The notes under the pieces are model-generated. The model ran no database searches. It was not told where the DNA came from and saw only the letters and a list, made by a program, of their open reading frames with translations. A stretch of DNA of 64,000 nucleotides. Origin: a virus. The stretch lies in IMG/VR virus record IMGVR_UViG_3300045988_133686, positions 46,838 through 110,837 of that record. One strand, written 5' to 3'. Below, piece by piece: positions 11,201 through 20,033 of the stretch (its first letter is position 1; each line of letters opens with the position of its first letter). The translations under genes and the position numbers were made by a program.

Positions 11201-11342
11201 CGCGCGCTGGACGTCATCTTTCACAGCTCCAGCCACGCCTTACACAGCGATTAATATCGTTGGTTATGTTACTTCGCCGTCACCTCGCGCCTACCCTGAT
11301 GGAAAAACAGCGAGTGATGGCTTTTATTATGAACGCATTTAA
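8241..11342 (+). CDS. large receptor-binding/fibre protein: LamG-like lectin domains flanking a glycine-rich domain
   Basis: 1033 aa; LamG-like signatures (FTVEFWMQL...WYHIAFVRSGGTVTYYVNG; WTIDWWEYI...WVHRAVVRSGSTYYTFRDG); central GASGGYY..GGRGGY..LYLYAGGMG..GGGGGTDIRIG..VAGGGSGA glycine-rich domain. Confidence 0.65.
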   Translation: MAVTPITYVGRLVAQDNDLPTLDTMYDVAYRYTSITASMNAAIPAFYSLNTDSDLTSSSIWSYLEDGNPATTIAADEDFTVEFWMQLEKTGLEQTIINGPTSNNLFIYLGTANKLNFDLGTTSTSHNCASYAFAASTWYHIAFVRSGGTVTYYVNGDALETWTMNVALSIPASIRYGQQWNGVAASHQFYGDLAGVCILRGAKYTAPFAPPMTPAQYEDVTSAPVELFELVGDTVTDRYGHNLTKTDISTSGDATFLGQNTLFFNGTSSVLTTALYCGKAADFTIDWWCKPNSVSNYNNWNTVLEWRSDLTSGRGYYCHIMTQGRSICSAPSVATSSSGYASGPTSYHGIGGNSWNHYAIVKRGGTCYFYINGVQHAVTYATSNYMWPTLLSVGKCAFTSGYYSGYVAHLRVCCGARWTGNFAVPNNLADYGLGTAQKYDITNGAPEQLSASPNTVLECNYSGAAIPITLPRGAYKLECWGASGGYYQNTSGGRGGYSCGTLTLQDTTKLYLYAGGMGEDFENYKRSSAGNVYAGGFNGGGSAKVVYYSGTTTTPSGGGGGTDIRIGAKSLYARVIVAGGGSGATNGNAGYVGGGESGGGYNTSFAGKAAAAGTNGAFGVGASSSPSSTNYKYSGTGAGGGWYGGGATSTYSDSDTSLPKQAGGGSGYVYAQTSAQNYPSGCLLNSAQYLADGLTKAGSEAIPEINGDTACASQFGHAGYIRVTVLNVPPAIYLRTSAGWKRVRDVCTNQNTSGWTSIIESSADVIRATLASAITTVSPNNVEYVWRKCTRDANTKLLLKFDDGVTDVSGNDVALVSQGVTTSDAQSKFGGKSGYFNGSTAWIDFTVKSVFNPNADWTIDWWEYIETKVNAACIYNQTNGIHNNDRGILLGYQSSSNNEYAYVTDSASGWTIADSKTMGALTTGQWVHRAVVRSGSTYYTFRDGVQQATWTSTKSILSTATLGTIGRYANGIKYYKGYIDEFRISDIARWTSSFTAPATPYTAINIVGYVTSPSPRAYPDGKTASDGFYYERI

Positions 11343-11353
11343 GGAGGGATTGC

Positions 11354-11752
11354 ATGGCATTCACAGAGACACAGGTGCCTAATTATAAAATATATACCTT
11401 GCCGCAGTCCGTTTACGACGCGCTCGTGCAGTCCGGCGGCATTGATGAGAATGCTCAATACCTCACCACCAACGACGGCGATCCGTATGGGCGCGTCATT
11501 GTCAGCAATGTCAATGTACCCGCATCGCTATGGGCGGATGACTCAACGACGGAGATGTATACCGCAGCTGCGATTGTGCCCGTTACCGGCATCACGGCAT
11601 CTCTGGTGCCTGAGGTCATTTTTAACATGGACGACGCCACAGGCGGCAACTTTGCGCCGGTTGCAGAGTCCTCGGACGACGGGGTAAAAATCTACGCGAG
11701 AGAGAAACCAACCTCGGCGATAATAATTCCAACAATCATCCTTTGGAGGTGA
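11354..11752 (+). CDS. hypothetical structural protein
   Basis: RBS AAGGAGGGA before ATG; co-oriented in fibre module. Confidence 0.5.
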   Translation: MAFTETQVPNYKIYTLPQSVYDALVQSGGIDENAQYLTTNDGDPYGRVIVSNVNVPASLWADDSTTEMYTAAAIVPVTGITASLVPEVIFNMDDATGGNFAPVAESSDDGVKIYAREKPTSAIIIPTIILWR

Positions 11753-11756
11753 ATGA

Positions 11757-12488
11757 ATGGTAGGAACGACTAATGCTATGGCAGTTGGAACAAAGACAGC
11801 CGCCATTATTGATATGTCTGATGCAACGGGCACGGCACAGGATGTCGCCAAGGACGTCATCGTATACACAAAAAATGGTCAACGACTAGTTGGTACTGCC
11901 GTCGTCGGCGGAGCCAGCGCAGACGCAAAGCCATCTGTTACTTATACAGGCAAATGGACAGGGTGGCATATTGAGTTCTATGGAGGCACGCCTTATTGGG
12001 AGGCGGTTTTCTATACTTCTGGCACGCTTAATTTTTCCAACGCCTATACCGCAGACCTCTGGGGCGTTGGCGGAGGACCATTTGACTACAGCGGCGTTAT
12101 GTGCCGCGCATCTTCTGCCAAGGTGCTCGGTGTGCAATTTGCCGTCGGACAGCAAGCCGTAACGATCGGGGCAGGGGCGACGAAGAACGCGCGCGGCAAC
12201 GGCGGCAATACGACGGTTGGAGGCGTGTTCACCGCCAATGGAGGCGTAATGAACGTATCGAGCACCAGCAAAATGTACCGTTTCGAGGATGAAGACAAAG
12301 CAGGTGAAGCGGGCGCAGATGGTACGTCCAACGGATATGCGCACGGGGAAGGCGGCTGGCTGCACTGGCGATGCGGGGTTGACAACGGCGACGGCGAAGG
12401 TTACGGCGCGGGGGGCGACTACGGCGGCTACGGCAACGCGCTGGTGAACGCGCATCCGGGTGCATTGGTCATTCGTATTGCAATGTGA
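11757..12488 (+). CDS. glycine-rich-domain fibre protein
   Basis: RBS GGAGGTGA; DATGTAQDV N-terminal motif; WGVGGGPFDYSG...GNGGNTTVGG...GYGAGGDYGGYG glycine-rich core. Confidence 0.55.
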   Translation: MVGTTNAMAVGTKTAAIIDMSDATGTAQDVAKDVIVYTKNGQRLVGTAVVGGASADAKPSVTYTGKWTGWHIEFYGGTPYWEAVFYTSGTLNFSNAYTADLWGVGGGPFDYSGVMCRASSAKVLGVQFAVGQQAVTIGAGATKNARGNGGNTTVGGVFTANGGVMNVSSTSKMYRFEDEDKAGEAGADGTSNGYAHGEGGWLHWRCGVDNGDGEGYGAGGDYGGYGNALVNAHPGALVIRIAM

Positions 12489-12497
12489 GGTAAGGAT

Positions 12498-12695
12498 ATG
12501 GCTGTATATATTGTAAGCAATTCAAACGGAGAACGTATCAACTTGATTGAGATTGACGCGCTCCAAGTTGCAGAGTATTCCCAACTAACTGGGATGACTC
12601 TTTCCTTACCGGAAGAGTCTGGTGCAGATCAACCCGAAGAATCGCAAATGAAACAAGCGCTGCGAACGCTTGGCGTAGACACGGAAGGAGCGTGA
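12498..12695 (+). CDS. small fibre-module protein (possible chaperone)
   Basis: 65 aa after a glycine-rich fibre gene; C-terminus ALRTLGVDTEGA parallels ALETLGVETKAK of 15355..15663. Confidence 0.45.
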   Translation: MAVYIVSNSNGERINLIEIDALQVAEYSQLTGMTLSLPEESGADQPEESQMKQALRTLGVDTEGA

Positions 12696-12699
12696 TATA

Positions 12700-13182
12700 G
12701 TGGCTTTTAAGGATCAATATACGAAGGTTAACTTCGTCAATAAAAATGACCCCGCGTTTGTGGAGGGCGTCTCCCCTTCCATCTCCGCGGAGCATCTGAA
12801 CGCGATACAGGACGGCATTATCAATTCGCTGGTTGACGCCGATGGACTCAATGAGCGGTTGACACAGGAGGAAGCGAATACCGATGCCCTGTTTGCTGGC
12901 ACGATCGGTGTGCGGTGCGAGGTGCTGAACACAACCGTGACAATCCAGGCCGCAAGTTGGACTGAGGACGCGGTAAACATGCGGTATACCGCCACGATCA
13001 CCAACGCGGCGATTCGCACGGATACAGATGTGGAACTCGTGCTAGCTGATGCCGATAAGGGTAAGTACGCGCTCAACGCCCTTGATCCTGCCGCGGGCAG
13101 CGTGACACTGTTTGCTGGCGCGGCACCAACCCAGCCTCTTACCCTCCGGCTTATCGTGACCGAGGTGAGAAAAATTGACTAG
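12700..13182 (+). CDS. fibre/baseplate-associated protein
   Basis: GTG start 9 nt after GGAAGGAG; 160 aa; SAEHLNAIQDGI-type N-terminal motif seen in phage fibre proteins. Confidence 0.5.
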   Translation: MAFKDQYTKVNFVNKNDPAFVEGVSPSISAEHLNAIQDGIINSLVDADGLNERLTQEEANTDALFAGTIGVRCEVLNTTVTIQAASWTEDAVNMRYTATITNAAIRTDTDVELVLADADKGKYALNALDPAAGSVTLFAGAAPTQPLTLRLIVTEVRKID

Positions 13183-14248
13183 AGTTGGGCGCACATATGT
13201 AAAAGGAACGGCGGCTGGTGCTGCCAATGATGGATACTTCGGTAATGGGTCTGACGGCGCGCTGAATGTAGCGGCTGGTCAGACCTTTATTATTGATGTA
13301 CCGTCTGAAGACACACAAATCATCAAAAATTACAGCAGCGTGAATATCGCGGCTGGGGCGACAGTGAAGACTTCTGGCCGATGCAACGGCATGGTCTGGC
13401 TCGTAAGCGGAGATTTCATTCTTAACGGTACGATTAACATGGACAAGCGTGCGCCTCTACTGAACGATAACGAGGCAGCGGCGACACAAGAACTGCATGT
13501 TGCGCTGTGCGGGACACTGAATGGTGGTAAAGGCGGAAACGGAAATGCTGGTGGCGGTGCAAGTCAAACATCATCAGAATCAGCAGTAGTTTGGCGCAGT
13601 TGGGATAGTTCTAAGGCTGGCGTTGGCGGACAAGGGTTCCGACTGGGCGGCGGGTATGGCGGCGGAGGCGGTGGCGGTTCTGATGCTGGTGGAAGTTGCG
13701 AACCGCGCCCCCCAATCGGCACAACAATCCCTTATCCATCTGGGCGTGGTGTTGTGTTTTGCGGAACTGGAGGTTCGAGTTATAACAGCATGGCATCAGA
13801 TCATCCATATTTTTATGTAGGCGGCGCTGGTCCGGGTGGATCTGGCGCCTTTGGCATTTATAACCAATATGGAGTTAACGGTAACGCTGGAGACGCGATT
13901 GGCGGTGGGGCAATCTGGATTTTTGTCATGGGGCAGGTAACGATCGGTGCAACGGGTATAATTTCGGCTTGTGGTGGGAATGGCGCTGCTGGAGTCCATG
14001 CCACTCCCTCTTATAGCGGAACCGGGTATACCGGAGGTAGTACGGCATACACCGGGTCTGGCGGTGGCGGTGGCGGAGGAATTATTGCCCTGGTATATAG
14101 CGGTGGCATCTCAAACCTTGGGTCATTGCGTGCCGAAGGTGGGAGTGGTGGGGCTAATATCGCTGCCCCATTTGGCTCCACGAAGGGCGAAGACGGTGCT
14201 ATCGGCGTCATCCTTGTAAAATCCATATCTGACCTGCTCGACTTATAA
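13175..14248 (+). CDS. glycine-rich beta-helix-like fibre protein, paralog A
   Basis: TTG start after GAGGTGAGA; shares architecture with 14263..15345 (G.DG.L.V....T..IDV...RCNG.V.LVSGDFILNGTI..DK.APLLN...GGKGGNG...GGGGGGII). Confidence 0.6.
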   Translation: MTRVGRTYVKGTAAGAANDGYFGNGSDGALNVAAGQTFIIDVPSEDTQIIKNYSSVNIAAGATVKTSGRCNGMVWLVSGDFILNGTINMDKRAPLLNDNEAAATQELHVALCGTLNGGKGGNGNAGGGASQTSSESAVVWRSWDSSKAGVGGQGFRLGGGYGGGGGGGSDAGGSCEPRPPIGTTIPYPSGRGVVFCGTGGSSYNSMASDHPYFYVGGAGPGGSGAFGIYNQYGVNGNAGDAIGGGAIWIFVMGQVTIGATGIISACGGNGAAGVHATPSYSGTGYTGGSTAYTGSGGGGGGGIIALVYSGGISNLGSLRAEGGSGGANIAAPFGSTKGEDGAIGVILVKSISDLLDL

Positions 14249-14262
14249 AGAGGTGATAAAAC

Positions 14263-15345
14263 GTGACTCGACCAGGAACAGTACGAACAGCAGGTCAATC
14301 TAAGATCATAGGTGCGTCGCTCGGCGGATCAAATCTGCGCACTTGGTATGGAGATGCCTCTGACGGAGATTTAGCATTATCCGAAAATCAAACACTTGAA
14401 CTCGATGTTACATCTGATGAAGGACAAATTTTTAAGCAATATAAATCACTAACCATTCCAGTAGGCGCAGTGCTCAGACCGTCACATCGATGCAACGGAT
14501 TAATTATTACAGTCCAAGGCGACCTTATACTGAATGGCACGATTTCTGTTGACAAATGCGCCCCACTGCTAAATGCCAACGAATCCTTACACGCTCAATC
14601 CAAATACATCTCTTTATGTGGAGAGCTAATCGGAGGTAAAGGTGGCGCTGGCGGTAACGGCACAACTGCCAGTCTGCTGCCTGGCACTGGCGGCAACGGA
14701 TTCACATTTGGCGGCGGATACGGTGGAGGTAGTGCTGCTGGCAGCGGGCAAGGGTCATCGTCATACTATTATTACGGTTACAACGGAGGTAGCGGTGAGC
14801 CTCGTCCTCCTGCGGGAACAACAATGCCGTACCCCGCTCCGACCACCAGCAATCAGGTAGTTATGTATGGAGTTGGCGGGTCTTGTTCTCATTCAGGAAT
14901 GCGTTGCCAAGGTGGCGCTGGCCCCGGTGGCTCCGGTGGAGCAATTAATTGGAAACATAGTGATGATGATCCTAATGGTATCTATGTAGTCTCTAACGGC
15001 CAAACGGGCGACGCTTATGGAGGCGGCGCTTTTTATTTATTTGTTAAGGGGAACATTATCATTGGCGAAACTGGTGCTATCACAGCGGACGGAGGCAATG
15101 GTGCTAACGGGGTAAGCGCCTACGCGAATAATGTGTACGCCTCCGGCGGAGGTGGTGGAGGTGGTGGCGGCATTATTGCTATCGTTTATGGTGGTACATA
15201 TACCAACAACGGCTCGGTTCATGCCAACGGTGGGCACGGTGGTACTCGCGGGACATACGGCCCATACACCGTAAATACAACAAATGGCGCTGATGGTTCT
15301 ATCGGCACCGTTTTTATTTCGTCTTTTGCCGATTTGATGAATTAA
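14263..15345 (+). CDS. glycine-rich beta-helix-like fibre protein, paralog B
   Basis: GTG start after AGAGGTGA; collinear similarity to 13175..14248 over whole length. Confidence 0.6.
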   Translation: MTRPGTVRTAGQSKIIGASLGGSNLRTWYGDASDGDLALSENQTLELDVTSDEGQIFKQYKSLTIPVGAVLRPSHRCNGLIITVQGDLILNGTISVDKCAPLLNANESLHAQSKYISLCGELIGGKGGAGGNGTTASLLPGTGGNGFTFGGGYGGGSAAGSGQGSSSYYYYGYNGGSGEPRPPAGTTMPYPAPTTSNQVVMYGVGGSCSHSGMRCQGGAGPGGSGGAINWKHSDDDPNGIYVVSNGQTGDAYGGGAFYLFVKGNIIIGETGAITADGGNGANGVSAYANNVYASGGGGGGGGGIIAIVYGGTYTNNGSVHANGGHGGTRGTYGPYTVNTTNGADGSIGTVFISSFADLMN

Positions 15346-15354
15346 GGAGAATTT

Positions 15355-15663
15355 ATGGAAGAAAGAGATCTTCGCATGGTTATTATTGCGGATGTGAATA
15401 ACGCTGAGTCACGCGAGACTATTGCGCAGCTCAGCAATAATCCGCAAATTCCGCAGACGGTTATTACGCCGTATGCGGTGCGTAACATTCTACCCGGCAT
15501 CCGTGCCACTCCGGCGATTGGCGTCCTGCTCTGGGCGACCGACCTTCAGGGATTGGTGGCTGATGTGGACGCCTTCGCGGCGTATATCAAAAATGAGAAC
15601 GAGACGTTAAGCGCACTTGAAACGCTTGGTGTCGAGACAAAAGCAAAAGAGGTCGTGTCATAA
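15355..15663 (+). CDS. small fibre-module protein (possible chaperone)
   Basis: RBS AAGGAGAA; 102 aa; C-terminal LETLGVET motif shared with 12498..12695. Confidence 0.5.
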   Translation: MEERDLRMVIIADVNNAESRETIAQLSNNPQIPQTVITPYAVRNILPGIRATPAIGVLLWATDLQGLVADVDAFAAYIKNENETLSALETLGVETKAKEVVS

Positions 15664-16005
15664 GCACGGCCTCTCATCATTTTCATTCGATTTCTTTGCC
15701 CGGCACCGACGCACCGTTTGCGCGTTAGTGCTGGGTTCAAATTTATAGACACATTTTGTGTACGGCAAATTGGCATTCACGGATGCTCTTGAAATATTGA
15801 GTTGCTTGGCAATTTCCCGTGGTGTGTATCCGCGACCGTAAAGCTCTTGGATATAATCACTAGTTTCACAGCTATATAGGCCGTGCGAAATGAGCACCTT
15901 GCGGACGAATGATTCGGATACAGTGCCACGTAGCGACTTCCATGTAGCTTTAATAGACCTTTGCACCTGATATTTCTGAATAATCTCTTGCTCAATTTGC
16001 TTCAT
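15658..16005 (-). CDS. HTH DNA-binding protein (sigma-70 region-4/LuxR-like HTH)
   Basis: 115 aa; GYTPREIAKQLNISRASVNANL helix-turn-helix; only reverse-oriented gene inside the late arm. Confidence 0.55.
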   Translation of the reverse strand: MKQIEQEIIQKYQVQRSIKATWKSLRGTVSESFVRKVLISHGLYSCETSDYIQELYGRGYTPREIAKQLNISRASVNANLPYTKCVYKFEPSTNAQTVRRCRAKKSNENDERPCL

Positions 16006-16053
16006 TTCATCACCCCCTTTTTATCATATCACATCCGAAAGGAGATATCCAGT

Positions 16054-16467
16054 ATGAGAACCGACCTTGTAGAACAGGCCAAAGCTATCCGCGCAGCCAT
16101 GCAGCTCACCAACCGATATGTACCTGATGAGGTTGCTTTTAAGCAGCCTTTTGCTATTTTTGACGAATGGAGCGCCGACAGTGTTGCCTATATTAAGGGC
16201 GACATTCGCCGCTTTGGTGGTAAGCTCTACCGCTGCGTGCAGCCCCACACCTCTCAATCCACATGGACACCCAGTGCCGCCGTTTCCCTCTGGACGGAAA
16301 TTTCTGATCCTACCGAAGAATGGCCTGCATGGATTCAGCCAACCGGCGCGCACAACGCTTACGCCCAGGGCGCCAAGGTTTCACACAATGGCAAGCATTG
16401 GATCTCTGACGTGGCAGGGAATGTATGGGAGCCTGGTGTGTCTCAGTGGACTGAAGCCACCGCGTAA
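16054..16467 (+). CDS. carbohydrate-binding protein with two CBM5/12-like repeats
   Basis: ATG at 16054 after GAAAGGAGAT; YIKGDIRRFGGKLYRCVQPHTSQSTWTPSAAVSLWTEI and QGAKVSHNGKHWISDVAGNVWEPGVSQWTE repeats. Confidence 0.55.
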   Translation: MRTDLVEQAKAIRAAMQLTNRYVPDEVAFKQPFAIFDEWSADSVAYIKGDIRRFGGKLYRCVQPHTSQSTWTPSAAVSLWTEISDPTEEWPAWIQPTGAHNAYAQGAKVSHNGKHWISDVAGNVWEPGVSQWTEATA

Positions 16468-16496
16468 CCGATCAATCAAGTACGAAAGGAATAGTT

Positions 16497-17804
16497 ATGA
16501 TTATCAGAGTAAAAATTAGTCGTCAAGATAACCCGGACTATGGTAAAGTCCTGAACTTAGACTTAGAGGAATATTTGCGCGACGTCGTGCCTAGCGAGGT
16601 GCGCGCCGGGTACGATCATATGGAAGCTCTAAAGGCGCAGGCAGTAGCTGCCCGCACTTACGCGATGTACCGTGCGCACAAAAACCGCTACCTCAGCTAT
16701 GATGTAACGGACTCCTCCGGCCGCGACCAAGCGTATAAATCCCGCCCGCGTCATCCCCGCAGCGATCAGGCAGTGGCCGAAACCGCTGGCTGGGTGCTGG
16801 CGTATAATAACACCACGATTGACTGCAAATACACAAACTCAAATGGCGGTCGTGTGCGTAGCTCTCTCGAACGCTGGGGTACCGACCTCCCCTACTACCG
16901 CGGCTTTGACGATCCATATGATACGACCACGGAGGTCAGCGGCCACGGCGTTGGTATGTCGCAGACCGGTGCGCGGGCAATGGCGAGAGCGGGGAAGAAC
17001 TACAAGGAGATACTGGCGTATTACTATCCGGGAACCCGACTAATCAAAAGAGAGGAGTTGAATCGTGTGTCTTTTGACTATGAAGAACATCTGTCCCCAC
17101 ACTTCAAACGCAAAGAATTTTTTGATCCCGCAAACTATACAAATGTAACCAACAAGCGCACTAAGCGCCCGTACACCTACTCTGAGGCTGAGCAGGCGCT
17201 GAATGGCAAGGTGCTAGTCGAGAAGAAGCTGCTTGATCTGTTAGAGACAATGCGCGAGGATTTGCGCAAGACTTATCCCGGCGCTACCATCGTTCTTACA
17301 CCGCACGGTGGGTATCGCCCAACCGAACTAAACGCGGCGGTCGGTGGAGCTGCTGGCTCTCAGCATCGCTACGGGCGGGCGGCGGACTTCCGCGTGGTGT
17401 ATGGCGGCAAAAAAGTGAATGCGGCCGACCTTGCTGTGTATACCGAGAAGTTCATGGCTGACCATGGCTACAAGGGCGGTGTTGGCATGTACCACGCCGA
17501 TGATGATTATATCCATGTTGACGTGCGCGGCGTGAACGTCCACTGGTATGCCAGCTACAAGTCTGCTGGTTGCCCCGGTCAGGGCGGCACTCCGTGTGTG
17601 TATAAGCATGGCTACAAGAGCGCAGGCATTGTTCTTGTGCAGCGCAAACTTAAAGAGCTGGGGTATGACCCCGGCACGGCTGATGGTATATACGGCGTTA
17701 AGACTCTTAATGCTGTGCGCAAGTTTCAGGAGAGCGTTGGGTTGAAGCCCGATGGGATTTACGGCAAGGCTACCAACGCGAAGTTGGGTGCGTTGCCCTG
17801 GTAA
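16497..17804 (+). CDS. endolysin: SpoIID/LytB-like domain + M15 peptidase domain + PG_binding_1 repeat
   Basis: EALKAQAVAARTYA (SpoIID-type), SQHRYGRAADF...IHVDVRG (M15 zinc peptidase-like), VQRKLKELGYDPGTADGIYG..T..AVRKFQ (peptidoglycan-binding). Confidence 0.85.
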   Translation: MIIRVKISRQDNPDYGKVLNLDLEEYLRDVVPSEVRAGYDHMEALKAQAVAARTYAMYRAHKNRYLSYDVTDSSGRDQAYKSRPRHPRSDQAVAETAGWVLAYNNTTIDCKYTNSNGGRVRSSLERWGTDLPYYRGFDDPYDTTTEVSGHGVGMSQTGARAMARAGKNYKEILAYYYPGTRLIKREELNRVSFDYEEHLSPHFKRKEFFDPANYTNVTNKRTKRPYTYSEAEQALNGKVLVEKKLLDLLETMREDLRKTYPGATIVLTPHGGYRPTELNAAVGGAAGSQHRYGRAADFRVVYGGKKVNAADLAVYTEKFMADHGYKGGVGMYHADDDYIHVDVRGVNVHWYASYKSAGCPGQGGTPCVYKHGYKSAGIVLVQRKLKELGYDPGTADGIYGVKTLNAVRKFQESVGLKPDGIYGKATNAKLGALPW

Positions 17805-17809
17805 GGGGG

Positions 17810-18097
17810 ATGACGATGACAGTTGAACTCACAGTGCTGATTTCTATCGTATGCGGGGTTGGTGGATTTGCTCTATCATGGCTAGTATATAACCGTAATC
17901 AAAGGTCTGACGCCAAAAAGAACGGGCTGGATCAAGGAACGATGCAGGCCGATATCGACAGCATTAAGCGTGGCGTGGATGAAATTCGCATCGACCAGAA
18001 AGCTCAGTATAACACCATTAACAACCACGAGGCGCGCATTATGGTTCTAGAGCACGAGGTAGGCTCTCTACAACAGCAACCGCCGCGCCAGTCGTAA
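17810..18097 (+). CDS. membrane-anchored coiled-coil lysis-cassette protein
   Basis: N-terminal TM (LTVLISIVCGVGGFALSWLVY) then coiled coil; directly follows endolysin. Confidence 0.55.
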   Translation: MTMTVELTVLISIVCGVGGFALSWLVYNRNQRSDAKKNGLDQGTMQADIDSIKRGVDEIRIDQKAQYNTINNHEARIMVLEHEVGSLQQQPPRQS

Positions 18098-18375
18098 TGG
18101 CGGCCGCGCAGAAGAAAAGGAGAAGAAGAAAACCAGAGACTTCCAAGGTTGTGCTGGTGTCTGTGCTGTGCGTGTGTTGCGCGCTGGAGATCGTCGTGCT
18201 GCTCGGCTGGTTGGTGTGGGATCGCACTGATGCAGCTGGGCTTGCCGGTGTGTTCTCCGCGCCCGCCGTTGCGGTAATAAGCTGGTACACGTGGAAGGCA
18301 AAATGTGAGAATATTCAGAAGTACGGGTATAAAGCCCGCCCTGATGACAATGAGGAGGATACGTATGCAGGTTGA
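18097..18375 (+). CDS. two-TM holin-like protein
   Basis: TAATG overlap with upstream ORF; basic N-terminus, two hydrophobic segments. Confidence 0.55.
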   Translation: MAAAQKKRRRRKPETSKVVLVSVLCVCCALEIVVLLGWLVWDRTDAAGLAGVFSAPAVAVISWYTWKAKCENIQKYGYKARPDDNEEDTYAG

Positions 18376-18691
18376 TATTACACCGATTGCGGAGGCTTTG
18401 CTCTCCCTTATTATTTCTATCATTGCGGTTGTTGTGCTGCCGCGCGTTAAGACATGGCTGGACGCCCGCACCACTAAAGCAGACCGCGAGAATATTATGA
18501 ATCTTGTCAAGGTGGCCGTTAACGCCGCTGAACAGCTCTACCAGTCTCAGACCGGCGAGAAGCTTGGCGCCAAGCGTAAGGAATACGTCATGAATTTGCT
18601 GGCCGCTCAGAACCTAAACATTGATTATGATCTGCTAGAGGCTATGGTCGAGGATGAGGTTCGCAAGCTTAATGAGGCACTAGTAAAATAA
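18365..18691 (+). CDS. holin-like membrane protein
   Basis: ATG at 18365 after GAGGAGGA; N-terminal TM (IAEALLSLIISIIAVVVLP) then amphipathic tail, last gene of lysis cassette. Confidence 0.6.
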   Translation: MQVDITPIAEALLSLIISIIAVVVLPRVKTWLDARTTKADRENIMNLVKVAVNAAEQLYQSQTGEKLGAKRKEYVMNLLAAQNLNIDYDLLEAMVEDEVRKLNEALVK

Positions 18692-18776
18692 ATCGTCCGA
18701 GGTAGAGATGTGCTTCTACACCCCGTTGCGGGCAAAAGAGATGCGGGACTTGGCACACCCGCCGGACAAAAAAAAA

Positions 18777-18804
18777 GAAGGGGCGCTTATTGCGCCCCTT
18801 CTTT
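18777..18804. terminator. bidirectional rho-independent terminator between lysis cassette and int
   Basis: GAAGGGGCGC-TTATT-GCGCCCCTTC perfect 10-bp stem, A-run upstream and T-run downstream. Confidence 0.75.
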
Positions 18805-19938
18805 ACGATTATCAAGTTGTTGTGATACGCCCGCCACACTAGTTGACTGCACATTCGTTAGGAGGTGTGTGTAAATACGTCCGGTGATGTCCGGCGAACT
18901 ATGACCGAGAGCCTTGCTGGTATCAAAAAGGGTCACTCCGCTCTGATTCGCAAGCGACGCAAATGTGTGCCGCAATCCGTGCAGCGTAATATGCGGAAGA
19001 TTGTATTTGCTCACAATCTGCTGAAGCTTTGCAGATAGATAATTGGGGCGTCTTGGTCTTCCGTCATCGTGCTGTATAACGTACCCGCCGTTGTGGTATT
19101 GCGCTCCATAAATGCCCTTCCACTCTTCCTGGCGTTGTCTTTCTCCAAGCAAAACTTCCCGCAGCGTGCTAGGCATCTGAAGCTTTCTATACGACGAGCT
19201 AGTTTTAGTCTCCTTTTCTATAATGGTACTACCGGCTGACGTGCGCGCGTCACATATTAAGATGGTATTGTTTGTGAAGTCTATCGAACTCCATCTCAGG
19301 CCAGATATTTCTTCGCGGCGTAGCCCTAAATACCCTGCAATAAAAACAACTGGCTCCATCCACGTGCCCTTAACCGCTCTGAAAAGCGTTTGCAACTGTT
19401 CGGCTGTATAGATGTCTGGTTCGCTCACAATTTTTTTAGGTGGCATCGTCTCCTTCACATAATTGCGGTAAGCATACTTCATCATCACCGCGTAGTCAAA
19501 TATAGAACTAAGCAGGTTGTAGTGCTTAATAACCGTATTAGGACTAAGCTTCTCCAACGCCCGCGCATAGTATTGTTGGATGTCCCGCGCCTTGATGTCT
19601 TGTATAGGGAGCTTCCCAATTTTATCTTTGAGCAGATGATTGCGCACGATCTGTTCATATCCATAATAAGTCGTGTGCGCTATCTTTGGTTGGGCCACTG
19701 TTTTTAGCCACTCCTGAATTACATCTCCTAGAGTAATCCTACGCGGCGACAAAGTATCCCCGTGATCCTTATTAGCGTCAAATTCACGCTTGGCCGCTCT
19801 AGCCTCCTTTAACGTTGAGTAGGTTTTGTACTTGCGGATAAATTTCCCGTTACCGTCTCGACCGTATGTAAATGCAACATAATACAGTTTTCGGTCGATG
19901 TCATACGAGATTCCTTCGGCAATTTTTTCTCTAGCCAT
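18787..19938 (-). CDS. int: tyrosine-type site-specific integrase
   Basis: RBS AAGGAGG; catalytic motifs ...LRREEISGLRW..., HGLRHTFASL, GHSSPDITGRIYTHL (R..HxxR..Y). Confidence 0.9.
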   Translation of the reverse strand: MAREKIAEGISYDIDRKLYYVAFTYGRDGNGKFIRKYKTYSTLKEARAAKREFDANKDHGDTLSPRRITLGDVIQEWLKTVAQPKIAHTTYYGYEQIVRNHLLKDKIGKLPIQDIKARDIQQYYARALEKLSPNTVIKHYNLLSSIFDYAVMMKYAYRNYVKETMPPKKIVSEPDIYTAEQLQTLFRAVKGTWMEPVVFIAGYLGLRREEISGLRWSSIDFTNNTILICDARTSAGSTIIEKETKTSSSYRKLQMPSTLREVLLGERQRQEEWKGIYGAQYHNGGYVIQHDDGRPRRPNYLSAKLQQIVSKYNLPHITLHGLRHTFASLANQSGVTLFDTSKALGHSSPDITGRIYTHLLTNVQSTSVAGVSQQLDNRKEGAQ

Positions 19939-19958
19939 TTGTGCTACCTCCTTCTACC

Positions 19959-20033
19959 ATTGCTACCAACACGTTCAGTGTAGCACGTCAGCTCCAAAAT
20001 TGCTACCAAAATTGCTACCAGAAATTACTGCCA
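19959..20033 (+). repeat. arm-type direct repeats ATTGCTACCA (3 perfect + 1 degenerate)
   Basis: Perfect decamers at 19959, 19999, 20011; ATTACTGCCA at 20024; located between int and att core. Confidence 0.7.

Noticed and set aside
3527-15345. Diversity-generating retroelement targeting the fibre genes
   Set aside because: No reverse transcriptase ORF (no YxDD motif) and no template/variable repeat pair was noticed anywhere in the window.
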